The notes below the pieces were generated by a model. The model searched no databases. It was not told where the DNA came from and saw only the letters and a list, made by a program, of their open reading frames with translations. From an uncultured Aliarcobacter sp. (lineage in GTDB: Bacteria > Campylobacterota > Campylobacteria > Campylobacterales > Arcobacteraceae), in NCBI GenBank assembly GCA_963677435.1, contig OY781945.1:960001-1024000 (forward strand): a DNA stretch of 64,000 bases. Direction: 5' to 3'. This document shows, piece after piece, positions 23,900-34,535 of the stretch. How positions within the stretch are numbered: the first letter of the stretch is position 1; the number at the start of each line of letters is the position of its first letter. The position numbers and the translations under genes were made by a program.

Positions 23900-25208
23900 A
23901 ATTAATCTCATTCTTTTTTATGGTATCACTTTTGGTATATTAATAATGACAATAATATATACATTTATTAGATATGTATATTCAAAAGAGATTTTTTATA
24001 TTAGTTACTGTTTTATGCAAGTTTTTTCATTGGTTTATATAGTAACTTACAGTAAATTATTTAATATTCCTGTTTTAGTTCAAGAGTTGTCTTTAGTATT
24101 TGCAAGTCTTTGTGCTTTGATTTTTGCTATAAACTTTTATGAGGGAAGATTTTTTCCAAAAATTACTAATTACAAAGAGCTAGTGGTAAATACTTTACTT
24201 TTAAATGTTGTGATATTAACAGCTTTTTATCACTATATTTTATTTGAATATATTCCTTATACTATTATTTATGCAATTTTATTTATTTCGATTATTTTTA
24301 ATCTAAAAGAGGGATTTAAACCAACACTTATTTATGTTATTGGTTGGTCTGTTTTATGTATCTTATTATTTGTTTTTGATTTTAAAAACTTTTATATTCA
24401 AAGTGGATATTTTGATATTGTTCTTGTTATTTTTACCCTAGAAGCGATACTTTTTACAACTTCAATAGCTGCAAAATATAATGATTTAAAAAATAAAAAT
24501 AAAAGTTTTGAAAAGATGATTTTACAACAATCAAAATTTGTAAAATCAGGTGAAATGATCGCAAATATAACCCATCAATTTAGACAACCTTTAAATAATA
24601 TCTCATATATTTTAATGAATCTAAAAAAAAGATTTAATACTCAAAAATTGGATGTTGAGTATTTTGATAAAAAAGTTTTACAAGCAAATGAGCAGTTGCA
24701 ATTTTTATCAAAAACAATAGATGATTTTAAAGATTTTTATACACAAGATAAAGAGAAAGAGCTTTTTAGTGTAAAAGATGCAGTTCAAAATGCAACAACA
24801 ATATTAAGTGCTGATTTAAAAACTAATAATATTACTTTAGAATCAAAGTTTGAAGTTTATGAAGAGATTAAAATATTTGGAGTAAAAAGTGAACTTTCAC
24901 AAGTTTTAATAGCAATTATTTCAAACTCTATTGATGTTTTAAAAAACATAGAAAATCCTAAAATAAAAATTAATATATCAGCTAATCAAGCTGAGGTAAT
25001 AATCTCTTTAGAAGATAATGGTGGCGGAATAAAAAGTAAAAATTTAAAGAAGATATTTGAACCATATTTTACAACTAAAGAAGAGGGAACTGGAATTGGC
25101 TTGTATCTTTGTAAAATGATTATTGAAGAGAGTTTTGCTGGAAAGATTTTTGTAGAAAACAAAAAAGAGGGTGTTTTATTTTCCCTCTTTATTGAAAAAG
25201 CTCTTTAG
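23892..25208 (+). CDS. Membrane sensor histidine kinase
   Basis: Multiple TM helices; ITHQFRQPL, DNGGGI, FEPYFTTK, GTGIGL. Confidence 0.92.
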   Translation: MSEINLILFYGITFGILIMTIIYTFIRYVYSKEIFYISYCFMQVFSLVYIVTYSKLFNIPVLVQELSLVFASLCALIFAINFYEGRFFPKITNYKELVVNTLLLNVVILTAFYHYILFEYIPYTIIYAILFISIIFNLKEGFKPTLIYVIGWSVLCILLFVFDFKNFYIQSGYFDIVLVIFTLEAILFTTSIAAKYNDLKNKNKSFEKMILQQSKFVKSGEMIANITHQFRQPLNNISYILMNLKKRFNTQKLDVEYFDKKVLQANEQLQFLSKTIDDFKDFYTQDKEKELFSVKDAVQNATTILSADLKTNNITLESKFEVYEEIKIFGVKSELSQVLIAIISNSIDVLKNIENPKIKINISANQAEVIISLEDNGGGIKSKNLKKIFEPYFTTKEEGTGIGLYLCKMIIEESFAGKIFVENKKEGVLFSLFIEKAL

Positions 25209-26530
25209 TTTTTTGGATAAAAGAAAGCTATTTGTCTTAAAATTTTTATTTTTTCATCTTCTTGTGTAAATATCTCTATTGAAATTTTAGATGGTCTTTT
25301 TTCTAATTTTTTGAAATCATCTGTAGTTTCTAAAATTAGAATCTTTTTAGTTTTTTCACCAGCTTTTAGTTTAACACTTTCAAATCTTTTTATTTTAAAA
25401 TCTTTGTCATCAATCAGTCTAATATCAAAAGTATAATCTTTATCTTGAGTATTATGAATAGTTAAAATATAGTTATTTGAAATCACATTATTTTCTTTAA
25501 CACTATAAAGTTCTGTTGTTTTATTTACATTTACTAAAAAGTTCTCTTTTTCTAGTGAGAAATAAAATGCTAGGAATATACATAAAAATAGTGAAACAAA
25601 ATATGTTGTATTTTTTTTAGTAAAAATCGATACATTTTTTTTGTTTAAAACTTTGTTTGTACTTCCCCAATGAATTAGTGACTCTTTATTTAATTTTCCC
25701 ATTACACTAGCACAAGCATCACTACATTCAAGACAGTTTATACACTCAACTTGTAAACCTTTTCTAATATCAATGTGAGTAGGGCAAACTTTTACACAAG
25801 CTTCACAAGTTGTACACTCTTCATTGCTACTCCACTCTTTTACTTTGAAAATTGATTTAACATTGTTTTCATAAACTTTTCCACCTCTGTTGTAATCGTA
25901 ATTTACTTGCTTAGTATCATCATCATATAAAACAGATTGAATTCTAGAATATGGACAAATATAAACACAGAAATTTTCTTTCATAAAAACTATGTCATAT
26001 ACTAAAAATAGGGCAACTGTTAAAATAAATATAAACATAAAACTATGATCTAGTGGATTTTGTACATAAACAAAAAAGTCTTCAGGTGGAATAAAATAAA
26101 GCATAAAATTTGAAGAAATTATTAAAGTAATCACAAACCATAATAAAACTGCAATATATTTTTTGATTTGATTTGAACCTTTACTATAATCAATATCTTT
26201 TTGTTTATTTTTAATTCTTCTTAAATCAAGAATTGTACTTTCAATCAAATCTCTATAAATAACCCTAAACATAGTTTGTGGACAACTCCATCCACACCAG
26301 ATTCTTCCGAATATTGAAGTTAGTGCAAAAATCCCTATGAATAAAAACATAAGTAAAAATGGCATAACATAAAGTTCGCTAACACTATATACAAGTCCTA
26401 TAAAATGGAATTGTAATTTATCAAAAGAGAGTAACAATAAATGATTGTCGTTTATTGTTATAAAAGGCACTAACATGATAAATAGTGTTAATGCAAAGTA
26501 GACAAAATATCTTTTTTTAGAATAAGTCAT
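25205..26530 (-). CDS. ccoG: Cytochrome c oxidase accessory protein CcoG/FixG
   Basis: GRIWCGWSCPQT, FCVYICPY, CTTCEACVKVCPTHIDIR, CINCLECSDAC. Confidence 0.93.
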   Translation of the reverse strand: MTYSKKRYFVYFALTLFIMLVPFITINDNHLLLLSFDKLQFHFIGLVYSVSELYVMPFLLMFLFIGIFALTSIFGRIWCGWSCPQTMFRVIYRDLIESTILDLRRIKNKQKDIDYSKGSNQIKKYIAVLLWFVITLIISSNFMLYFIPPEDFFVYVQNPLDHSFMFIFILTVALFLVYDIVFMKENFCVYICPYSRIQSVLYDDDTKQVNYDYNRGGKVYENNVKSIFKVKEWSSNEECTTCEACVKVCPTHIDIRKGLQVECINCLECSDACASVMGKLNKESLIHWGSTNKVLNKKNVSIFTKKNTTYFVSLFLCIFLAFYFSLEKENFLVNVNKTTELYSVKENNVISNNYILTIHNTQDKDYTFDIRLIDDKDFKIKRFESVKLKAGEKTKKILILETTDDFKKLEKRPSKISIEIFTQEDEKIKILRQIAFFYPKN

Positions 26531-26551
26531 AAAAGCTCCTTTATTTTTTAT

Positions 26552-26584
26552 ATCTTAAGTAAAAATAGTGTTCATTTGGTGGTA
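26552..26584 (-). promoter_or_regulatory. Putative ccoG promoter with an imperfect 11-bp-spaced direct repeat
   Basis: Minus strand TACCAC-N5-GAACAC, 10 nt, TAAGAT. Confidence 0.35.
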
Positions 26585-26659
26585 TTAATTTTAAATTTAT
26601 ATTGTTTTATTTAGGGTATAAGATGTATAATTCGCTCAATTTAGACAGAGGATAAGAGA

Positions 26660-27361
26660 GTGGGAAAATCAAAATATGTTTTTGGATTTTTGTTGTTTGG
26701 TGTAGTTAGTTTATTTGCTCAATCAAATAGATATGATGTTAAATCAGCTATTGTAGAGTACGAAATTTCAGGTAATGGTGATGTTATGGGAAGTGAAGCA
26801 TCTGTAAGTGGAACTAGTAAGTTATACTTTAAAGATTATGGACAACTAGAGTTATCGGAAGAGAAAATAGTACAAACTGTTACCGATGATAAAGAGGAAG
26901 AACATAACATTACAAAAATAGTTGGTAATAAGATTTATAATGTTGATTTTGAAGAACAAGTAACTTATCAACAAGAGATGGTTGTAGATGAAGAGAATCC
27001 TTTTTTAAATTTAAAAAATAGTGAAACACTTAGTTCTATGGGAGCTAAAAAAATTGGTTCAGAAGAAATCTTAGGTTACAAATGTGATATTTGGCAATTA
27101 GGTGAAGATAAGATTTGGATTTATAATACAGTTCCATTAAAATTTGTAAGTAAATCTTTGGGAATTGTTCAAATACAACAAGCAAAATTGGCTGTATTTA
27201 ATATCGATATAAAAGATGATAAATTTAAATTACCGCCTTTTCCTGTAAAAGTTATGGATGATGTATTAAATAATAATTCTGAAGTTCCTGAATTAAGTCC
27301 TGATCAAGAAAAAATGGTAGAAGATATGATGAAACAAACAGGAAAAACTTACTCAAAATAG
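26660..27361 (+). CDS. Exported hypothetical protein (DUF4412-like)
   Basis: Signal peptide; GSEEILGYKCDIW and DKFKLP patterns; GTG start. Confidence 0.65.
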   Translation: MGKSKYVFGFLLFGVVSLFAQSNRYDVKSAIVEYEISGNGDVMGSEASVSGTSKLYFKDYGQLELSEEKIVQTVTDDKEEEHNITKIVGNKIYNVDFEEQVTYQQEMVVDEENPFLNLKNSETLSSMGAKKIGSEEILGYKCDIWQLGEDKIWIYNTVPLKFVSKSLGIVQIQQAKLAVFNIDIKDDKFKLPPFPVKVMDDVLNNNSEVPELSPDQEKMVEDMMKQTGKTYSK

Positions 27362-27427
27362 ATAGAAATTTGTACTAAGATTTATAAAAAAGATTATAAA
27401 TTTAGTACAAAATATTAAAAGTAAAAC

Positions 27428-29362
27428 CTAAGAGTTTAAAACTTTTAGGTTTTTTTCTTTACATAAAATTATAGTAGTTAAAATAAATGCTATTGATCCT
27501 ACAATTGTATTAAACATCATAATAGCAAAAATAGATAAGAATAATGAAGTAAGTATAAATTGCTTGTTTTTAGTAACTAAAGTAATAACTGCACTAAAAA
27601 TAGCAATAATTCCAAATACTCCAATATATCCTAAATATCCAATTTCATTTTTGAAACCACAAAGTAGTGTATCACCATTTAAATTACATTGGCTTATAAT
27701 ATCTTTATCTGAAACAAATCCATATCTAAATGAAGCTGCAATTGCAAAAAATACTACAATATATTTAATTACATTTTTTAAACTACTAAATGAAGTATCT
27801 TTACTTCCTCTAAATAGTATAAATGTGAAAATTAAAGCAATAATAACCCAAATATTTGAGAAAATATTTAAAGAACCCTCATTATAAAATGTGATACCTG
27901 TCGTTATTAAAAGAGTTAAAAATGATAATTTCTCAAATTCTTTAAACTGCATATTTGCAAATTTACCACCATATAGTAATATAAATGAAATTGCAGAAAT
28001 AGCAAAAATATATACTTCAAAGTTTCTATATCTTCCTTCAAAAGCAAGTATTATTGTTGAAATTAATACAAAAATAAATGATGAATAAAATAACATCATT
28101 GGTAAAGTATTAGAATTTATATGTTTATCTTTTATAATTTCTCTAATGCCAACAATTTCAGGTTTTGTATTTTTAGCAATACTTGAAAGTGCAAAATAGT
28201 AGATGAAAATATGTGTTATTAGAACTAAAGTTGCCCAAATAACTTCTCCACTTGATCTAACAGTTATATCAAACTGTTCCATCTGTAGCATATATAAAAT
28301 TGCAAAAAGAGTATTTACAACACTAAATAAAACTACTTTTTTTGTTGAAATAGTTGAGTTTTTTAATAAAAATGAAAAAACTAAAACAAGTAGAATAGAA
28401 CCAAAACCTAAATATTTATAATTTGGGAAATCTGAAACTTCACCCGTAAATACATGTTTATCAACTCTATCTTTGTCAAAAAATCCCCAATATCCTCCAA
28501 CAGCACCTTCACTTTGTCTTTTCCATGGTTGGTCAAAAGCTTCAATAATGTTGTAATTCCAGTTTTTTTCTTGTGCTAATTTTACAAATTCTCTCACAAA
28601 AGTTGCTTGATTTGTTTTACTTGGAAGTGCATCTTCTCTCATTCTTCCCTCAGATGGCCAACCTGTCTCTCCAATTAAGATATTTTTATCTTTTAAAATT
28701 GCTTCAACTTCTTCTCTTACATTTGCTAAGTGTTTAATTGAATCATTAATATTCATAGGATCATCTTCCCAATAAGGAAGAATATGAATTGTAACAAAAT
28801 CAGTAACTTCTCTAATATTTGGATATTTTAACCAATATTCCCAAACATCAGCATAAGTAACTTGAGTATCAGGAAGTGCTGCTTTTACTTGTTTGATATA
28901 TTTATAAAGTTGTTTATCAGATAAATCTCCTCTTAATAAAGCTTCATTTCCAACAACAACAGCTTTTACTATGTCTTTATTTTCACTTGCAAGTTTAATT
29001 AAAGTAGTAATCTCTTTTTGTGTTGATTTTTCATCTCCATTTACCCAAGCTCCCATAAGCATTTTTAGATTATTTTCTCTTGCAATTTTAGGAATCATCT
29101 CTAAACCTACAGTTGAATAAGTTCTAATACAATCTGTATATTTTGAAAGTAATTGCAAGTCATTTTTAATAAGCTCTTCCGAGATTACTAAACCTTTATC
29201 CATCATAAAAGGTGAATCATCTTTTCCAAATGGAGCATAAGATACACATTGAAGTTTTGAAAAAGTACTTGAATTATCTTTTAAAACTAAAACTGCCCCT
29301 AAAATATACCAAAATAGTACAACAACAAATAAACTTGCTAGAGTTAGTGATATTTTTTTCAT
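27428..29362 (-). CDS. GH17 beta-1,3-glucanase/transglycosylase with a polytopic membrane C-terminus
   Basis: VVVGNEAL, IHILPYWE, IGETGWPS, IEAFDQPWK motifs followed by many TM segments. Confidence 0.88.
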   Translation of the reverse strand: MKKISLTLASLFVVVLFWYILGAVLVLKDNSSTFSKLQCVSYAPFGKDDSPFMMDKGLVISEELIKNDLQLLSKYTDCIRTYSTVGLEMIPKIARENNLKMLMGAWVNGDEKSTQKEITTLIKLASENKDIVKAVVVGNEALLRGDLSDKQLYKYIKQVKAALPDTQVTYADVWEYWLKYPNIREVTDFVTIHILPYWEDDPMNINDSIKHLANVREEVEAILKDKNILIGETGWPSEGRMREDALPSKTNQATFVREFVKLAQEKNWNYNIIEAFDQPWKRQSEGAVGGYWGFFDKDRVDKHVFTGEVSDFPNYKYLGFGSILLVLVFSFLLKNSTISTKKVVLFSVVNTLFAILYMLQMEQFDITVRSSGEVIWATLVLITHIFIYYFALSSIAKNTKPEIVGIREIIKDKHINSNTLPMMLFYSSFIFVLISTIILAFEGRYRNFEVYIFAISAISFILLYGGKFANMQFKEFEKLSFLTLLITTGITFYNEGSLNIFSNIWVIIALIFTFILFRGSKDTSFSSLKNVIKYIVVFFAIAASFRYGFVSDKDIISQCNLNGDTLLCGFKNEIGYLGYIGVFGIIAIFSAVITLVTKNKQFILTSLFLSIFAIMMFNTIVGSIAFILTTIILCKEKNLKVLNS

Positions 29363-29434
29363 TATATTTTCACTACAGCTTCAAATGAAGCTTTTACATA
29401 ATTTTTCTTTGACATTTTTTTCCTAATTATAAAA

Positions 29435-30667
29435 TTATCTAACTTGACCAGAACCATAAATTTTGTATTTAAAAGTTGTTAAATCACTTATTCCCATTGG
29501 TCCTCTTGCATGAAGTTTATTTGTAGAAATACCAACTTCAGCTCCTAATCCAAAAGCTCCACCATCAGTGAATCTTGTACTTGCATTTGCATAAACACAA
29601 GCGGCATCAACTTCATTTAAAAATTTATTTACAGTTGAATAATTTTCACTTAAAATTGACTCTGAGTGTCCTGAACCATGTCTTTGAATATGAATAATCG
29701 CTTCATCCACATTTTTTACAAGTTTAATATTTAAAATATTAGCTAAATATTCTGTATCATAATCTTCAAGGCTTGCTGGAACTACTCTTATATATTTTAA
29801 AGTTTCACTGCAACCTTTTAAAATTGTTCCTTGTTCTGCAAATGCATCTTCAAGTCCAGATAAAATATATGGTGCAATATCTTCATGAATTAAAAGTGTT
29901 TCCATTGAATTACAAGCACTTGGTCTTTGACATTTTGCATTTATTGCAATATCAATTATTTTAGCAGGTGCTGCATCTTTATCCACATAAATATGACAAA
30001 TACCTTTATCATGTTTTATAACTGGAACAGATGAATTTTCACTTACATATTTAATTAAAGCTTCACCACCACGAGGAACAATTAAATCCACATATTTATT
30101 TTGTTTTATAAGTTTTGCAACACCTTCTCTACTAGAATCTGGAAGTAAAGATATCGCTTGTTCTGGTAGTTTATTTTTTGCTAATACTTCTTTTAAAACA
30201 ACAGCAATTGCTTTGTTTGAGTGTTCAGCTTCTTTTCCACCTTTTAAAACACATACATTTCCACTTTTAAAACAAAGTGCAGCTGTATCACTTGTAACAT
30301 TTGGACGGCTTTCATAAATAATACCAATTACTCCAATTGGAATAGATACTTTTTGGATGTTTAAACCATCTTTTGTAATCCAACCATCTAAGATTTTTCC
30401 TACTGGTTCAGTTTGTGATGCAATTTGTCTAATTGCATCAGACATCTCTTTTACTCGCTCTCCTGTTAAAAGTAATCTATCTTGTAAAGCTTCACTTAAA
30501 TTGTTTACTCTTGCGTCTATCATATCTTTTTCATTATGTGAAATGATAAAATCACAGTGATTCATTAAAGCATCAGCCATTTCATTTAAAACTTTATTTT
30601 TAACAGCAGTACTTAGGTTTGCAATAGTTCGGCTAGATCTTTTAGCCTCTTCTAAAAATGCTTGCAT
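29435..30667 (-). CDS. proA: Gamma-glutamyl phosphate reductase
   Basis: IYESRPNVT, LKGGKEA, PSACNSME, NASTRFTDG, STNKLHARGP. Confidence 0.97.
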   Translation of the reverse strand: MQAFLEEAKRSSRTIANLSTAVKNKVLNEMADALMNHCDFIISHNEKDMIDARVNNLSEALQDRLLLTGERVKEMSDAIRQIASQTEPVGKILDGWITKDGLNIQKVSIPIGVIGIIYESRPNVTSDTAALCFKSGNVCVLKGGKEAEHSNKAIAVVLKEVLAKNKLPEQAISLLPDSSREGVAKLIKQNKYVDLIVPRGGEALIKYVSENSSVPVIKHDKGICHIYVDKDAAPAKIIDIAINAKCQRPSACNSMETLLIHEDIAPYILSGLEDAFAEQGTILKGCSETLKYIRVVPASLEDYDTEYLANILNIKLVKNVDEAIIHIQRHGSGHSESILSENYSTVNKFLNEVDAACVYANASTRFTDGGAFGLGAEVGISTNKLHARGPMGISDLTTFKYKIYGSGQVR

Positions 30668-30684
30668 AATAATTCCTATAAAAT

Positions 30685-30984
30685 TTATTTTTTGTTGTCA
30701 GGTATAAATTTAAAAAATAGATATAAAACACCTAACATAACTATGATTGTAATAATACTCATAACATTTATTTCAACTTCAGGACCAACACCTCTTTGGT
30801 AGTTTTTAGGCATAAATAAAAACATTGATGAAAGTAACATAAAAGATGAGGTTATAACTGCAATTAAATGTGCAAAAACTTTATGAATTTTAGTGATATA
30901 AAAGTCTTTTACCATTTTCCATGTTAAAAATGCAGATGTAAGTACTATAAGAAGTACAATAATTTTTTCATATTGTGGTTCCAA
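30685..30984 (-). CDS. Small membrane protein (3 TM)
   Basis: Hydrophobic 99-aa ORF, AAAGGA RBS, TTG start. Confidence 0.7.
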   Translation of the reverse strand: MEPQYEKIIVLLIVLTSAFLTWKMVKDFYITKIHKVFAHLIAVITSSFMLLSSMFLFMPKNYQRGVGPEVEINVMSIITIIVMLGVLYLFFKFIPDNKK

Positions 30985-31128
30985 TAATAATCCTTTTTAT
31001 AATTTAAGTATTTTATGTATAATATACTTAAATAAGCCTTTTTTAAAGCTTTCTAGCGTAAAAAATCATTCTAATATTTCTAAAAATATAATAGCCATTA
31101 TCATTTATATTTTAATCTAATAATTTTT

Positions 31129-31347
31129 TTATTTACAAACACCACTATCTTTTAAAATCTCTTTTATTTGTTTGCACTTTTTATTATCAATATATAGATT
31201 TAACCAAGATTCAACCCAATATGGAACATTTCGTCCATTATTTCCCCATGAGTTTACACTTTGATATTTTAATCCTAAATATTCTGAAAATGTTCGTTTA
31301 TTAAAATCGGCTTTTTTTAATAATTTTTTGAAATTTTCTTTTTCCAT
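31129..31347 (-). CDS. Small Cro/XRE-like HTH protein (72 aa)
   Basis: GGAGA RBS before MEKENF; NKRTFSEYLGLKYQSVNSW...VPYWVESWL. Confidence 0.75.
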   Translation of the reverse strand: MEKENFKKLLKKADFNKRTFSEYLGLKYQSVNSWGNNGRNVPYWVESWLNLYIDNKKCKQIKEILKDSGVCK

Positions 31348-31477
31348 ATCTCTCCACCAAATAGTATGCAAAAGTATATCATAAATTGATAAATAGTATA
31401 TAAATAAATATATATTTAAGTATATTATTATTTTAATAAGCATATAATCAAACCGCATAAAAATCAAGGAAAATAAC

Positions 31478-31591
31478 ATGAGAATAAAAGCCTTTTTAAC
31501 AAGTGGAAGATTTAAGATTATTAGTGTGTTTAAAATAGATGATATAAAAAATATAGCTGCTGTCTATCCTAGATGGGAATATGTTTTGTAA
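31478..31591 (+). CDS. Unannotated 37-aa protein MRIKAFLTSGRFKIISVFKIDDIKNIAAVYPRWEYVL
   Basis: AAGGA RBS at 31466-31470, TATAAT at 31443; divergent from the HTH gene. Confidence 0.65.
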   Translation: MRIKAFLTSGRFKIISVFKIDDIKNIAAVYPRWEYVL

Positions 31592-31666
31592 TTACCCTAT
31601 ATATTTATAGTTATTATTTCATTAATGTATAGATGTTAAAATAAACAAAAAATTAATGGATAAATT

Positions 31667-31981
31667 ATGGGAATTAAAGACATACTAAAAGAGAACTCAA
31701 ATAAATTATTGAGCATTGCTAGTGAAAATGCTACAAAAGCTTTTGATTATCCAAAAATTAAGAGTAGACAATTAAAAGAATCAATAAATCTAAAAATTAG
31801 AGAAAAAGCTATATTAGCTACAAAAGCTAGATTAGTGGAAAATCACAAAACATTTGATGATTATAGTGATGAACAATTAGAAATTATAATTGCAGATGAA
31901 GAGAGAAAAATTATTGATGATTTAAAAACAAAATCCCTTGTTGTTGCCCTTGCTGCTCTTGGGCTTAACTTTATTGTATAG
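31667..31981 (+). CDS. Hypothetical protein with a hydrophobic C-terminus
   Basis: 104-aa ORF with a GGA RBS. Confidence 0.7.
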   Translation: MGIKDILKENSNKLLSIASENATKAFDYPKIKSRQLKESINLKIREKAILATKARLVENHKTFDDYSDEQLEIIIADEERKIIDDLKTKSLVVALAALGLNFIV

Positions 31982-31988
31982 AGTTTAA

Positions 31989-32405
31989 ATGTTTAAACAA
32001 GTTAAATCTGCATTTTTTTGGTACTACTTATTTAAATTTAGAAGAAGAGTTATTTTAATTGTATTACTTTTAATAATAGCATTATTTGCAAATGCAATAT
32101 ATGGTGATGTTGTTGAATACTTAAAGTTAAAAGATAAGTTAGATTATTTAGAAATTGCACTCATTTCAAAATGGGTGATTATTATTTTTAATATAGTTTT
32201 TTCAGTTTATCTTCTTTTGACTATGTTTAAAAAAGAGGATAATAGTGACGATAAAAATCCAAAAAAAGATAAAAAAATAAAAACTAAAGAACTTAAAGAA
32301 GAAAAAAAAGTAGAACCAAAAGAAGAAAAATTTACTCAGAGAGAAAGAGAGTTTTTATATAAAAAAACTCTTCAAACCAAAGCTGACTTTTTAGTGAAAA
32401 AATAG
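31989..32405 (+). CDS. Hypothetical membrane protein (2 TM, charged tail)
   Basis: 138-aa ORF 7 nt downstream of the previous gene. Confidence 0.7.
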   Translation: MFKQVKSAFFWYYLFKFRRRVILIVLLLIIALFANAIYGDVVEYLKLKDKLDYLEIALISKWVIIIFNIVFSVYLLLTMFKKEDNSDDKNPKKDKKIKTKELKEEKKVEPKEEKFTQREREFLYKKTLQTKADFLVKK

Positions 32406-32409
32406 AAGA

Positions 32410-34314
32410 TTAAATACTCTCTTCTATTTTTGTCTCTCTTTTCATATGAATAGTTTGTGTAGGATATGCAAATTCGCAATTGTTTTTTTCAACAAGTTTT
32501 GAAATTTCTATCATAACCTCTTGTTTAGTTTCAAGCCACTCTTCCCATTCTGGACTTTTTGAAAAACAGTAAATAAGTATGTTTATAGAAGAGGCATCAA
32601 ATTCATCAATAAAAACCAAAAGAGTGTTTTTTATTCCATATAAATCTTCTCTTTTTATAGCTTCAAAAGCTTTTGTTTTTGAAATATTAATATTGTGATT
32701 ACTTGCAATTTTTGGATGACTTATTAGCATATCAAAAATATCATTTTTTAGATTTATGATATCTTTCATTTTGTTTTCATAACTAACACCAATTGACATT
32801 TTTATTCGTCTTCCAATTACTCTTTTTGACCAATTTAAAATATGAGCATTTGCTATTTGAGAATTTGGCACAGTAATCATTGCATTATCAAATGTTCTAA
32901 TTCTTGTTGTTCTCATTCTAATATCAACAACAGTTCCTTCAAAATCATCTGTTTTAATCCAATCACCTTGCGAAAATGAGTTATCAGTCATAATATTTAA
33001 TGATGCAAAGAAGTTAGCTAAAGTATCTTTTGCAGCAAGTGCGATAGCAATACCCCCAACTCCAAGAGAAGCAGCGATTGCTTTTACATCGATTCCAAGT
33101 TGGGTAAATAAAAATAAAATTACTACTAATACAAGTAAAACTTTGATGATTTTTAGAATAAATACAATCATCTCTTTTCTTACATTTTGATACTTCTCAA
33201 GTAAATTTTGAGCATAAATTGTAATACTATTATTTAAAATAGAATATATTGCCCATGTTAATAAAGCCATATACATAGTATTTATCCAAGGAATAATATG
33301 ATTTAGTAATGTTTGGTCTTTTATTAAAATAAAAAGAGAGAGTTGAATAGAAAGAAGATATAAACTATAAATCAAAGGTGTGTTTATAGCATCTTTTAGA
33401 TAGTAAATTATACTTTCTTCATCTTTTGTCTCTTTTTTTATAAATATTCTTGAAATGAAATTTGCAATTAAGGCAATCACATATTTATTGATTAATCTAA
33501 AAAATAGAATAATTAGTAAAACTACAACTGCTTCTCCAATTGAAAAATTTAAATGATAAGAAGTTAGCGAAGATAAAAAAGATATTCCTTTTATATTATC
33601 AATTTTATTTATCATATATTTTAGGTTAAATTCATCAATGAAAAAGTTTGTTGTTCTTATTTTTTGCATATTTGTGTATAAGTATTGTAAAACAAATAGT
33701 TGAGTATGTTTTTGGTTATAAAGGTCAATATAATTATTTACAAAATCAGCTGAAACTTTATTACCACTATTTTTTGATTCACTCTCATAAGTCGAAGTAT
33801 AATCATCAAGTTTAAAATCTTGAATTAATTTTATATTGTCAAGTAAAGTATCTTCAAAATATTTCTTATTTCTAAACTCTTCTTTTCCTATAATAATATC
33901 TTTTAATGTAGTTTCATAAGCAGATTTTTCTTTTAAATAGGCAACTCTTAGTTCATCTCTTTTTATTGCTATTGAATTATTTTGAATATTGTTAGCATTA
34001 ATTCTATTATTTAAAAAAAGAATTTCATTATCATAATAAGTTTTATCAGGAAGACTTGTTAAATAAGATTCATTATTTATATTATCAATAACATCATTGA
34101 TTAATTGGGTTTGTGCAGCTAATTGATCTTCTATTTTTTGAGCAATAGGAGCATTTGTTGTATCTTCTATAGGTGTTGTTTCATCCGTTTTTACAGTAGT
34201 TGGGGTTGTTTCTTTTATTAATAATTTTATTGGAGATGTTGGAATATTATCTGAAAATAAAAGAATAGGGATTATTAAAATAAAAAATATTTTTAATAAA
34301 ATTTTTTGGAGCAT
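32410..34314 (-). CDS. MscS-family mechanosensitive channel with a periplasmic N-terminal extension
   Basis: SLGVGGIAIALAAKDTLANFF, GTVVDIRMRTTRIR, ITVPNS, FAYPTQT. Confidence 0.92.
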   Translation of the reverse strand: MLQKILLKIFFILIIPILLFSDNIPTSPIKLLIKETTPTTVKTDETTPIEDTTNAPIAQKIEDQLAAQTQLINDVIDNINNESYLTSLPDKTYYDNEILFLNNRINANNIQNNSIAIKRDELRVAYLKEKSAYETTLKDIIIGKEEFRNKKYFEDTLLDNIKLIQDFKLDDYTSTYESESKNSGNKVSADFVNNYIDLYNQKHTQLFVLQYLYTNMQKIRTTNFFIDEFNLKYMINKIDNIKGISFLSSLTSYHLNFSIGEAVVVLLIILFFRLINKYVIALIANFISRIFIKKETKDEESIIYYLKDAINTPLIYSLYLLSIQLSLFILIKDQTLLNHIIPWINTMYMALLTWAIYSILNNSITIYAQNLLEKYQNVRKEMIVFILKIIKVLLVLVVILFLFTQLGIDVKAIAASLGVGGIAIALAAKDTLANFFASLNIMTDNSFSQGDWIKTDDFEGTVVDIRMRTTRIRTFDNAMITVPNSQIANAHILNWSKRVIGRRIKMSIGVSYENKMKDIINLKNDIFDMLISHPKIASNHNINISKTKAFEAIKREDLYGIKNTLLVFIDEFDASSINILIYCFSKSPEWEEWLETKQEVMIEISKLVEKNNCEFAYPTQTIHMKRETKIEESI

Positions 34315-34535
34315 TTAGTTTTCCTTTTTGGATTTTGTAACTTGTAATTATATTGTCATTAGGCTTACTTTAATATATTTTTCATAGTATCAAAAAGTTA
34401 TAAATGAATAGTAAATAACATGAAAATAATGGATAATACCTAAGTTATTAATATAAAGCTTCATATTTTAAGAAGAATAACTATAATTTTGAAATACAAT
34501 CTGATTTTTAATATCAGTAATTATCAGGATTTTTT

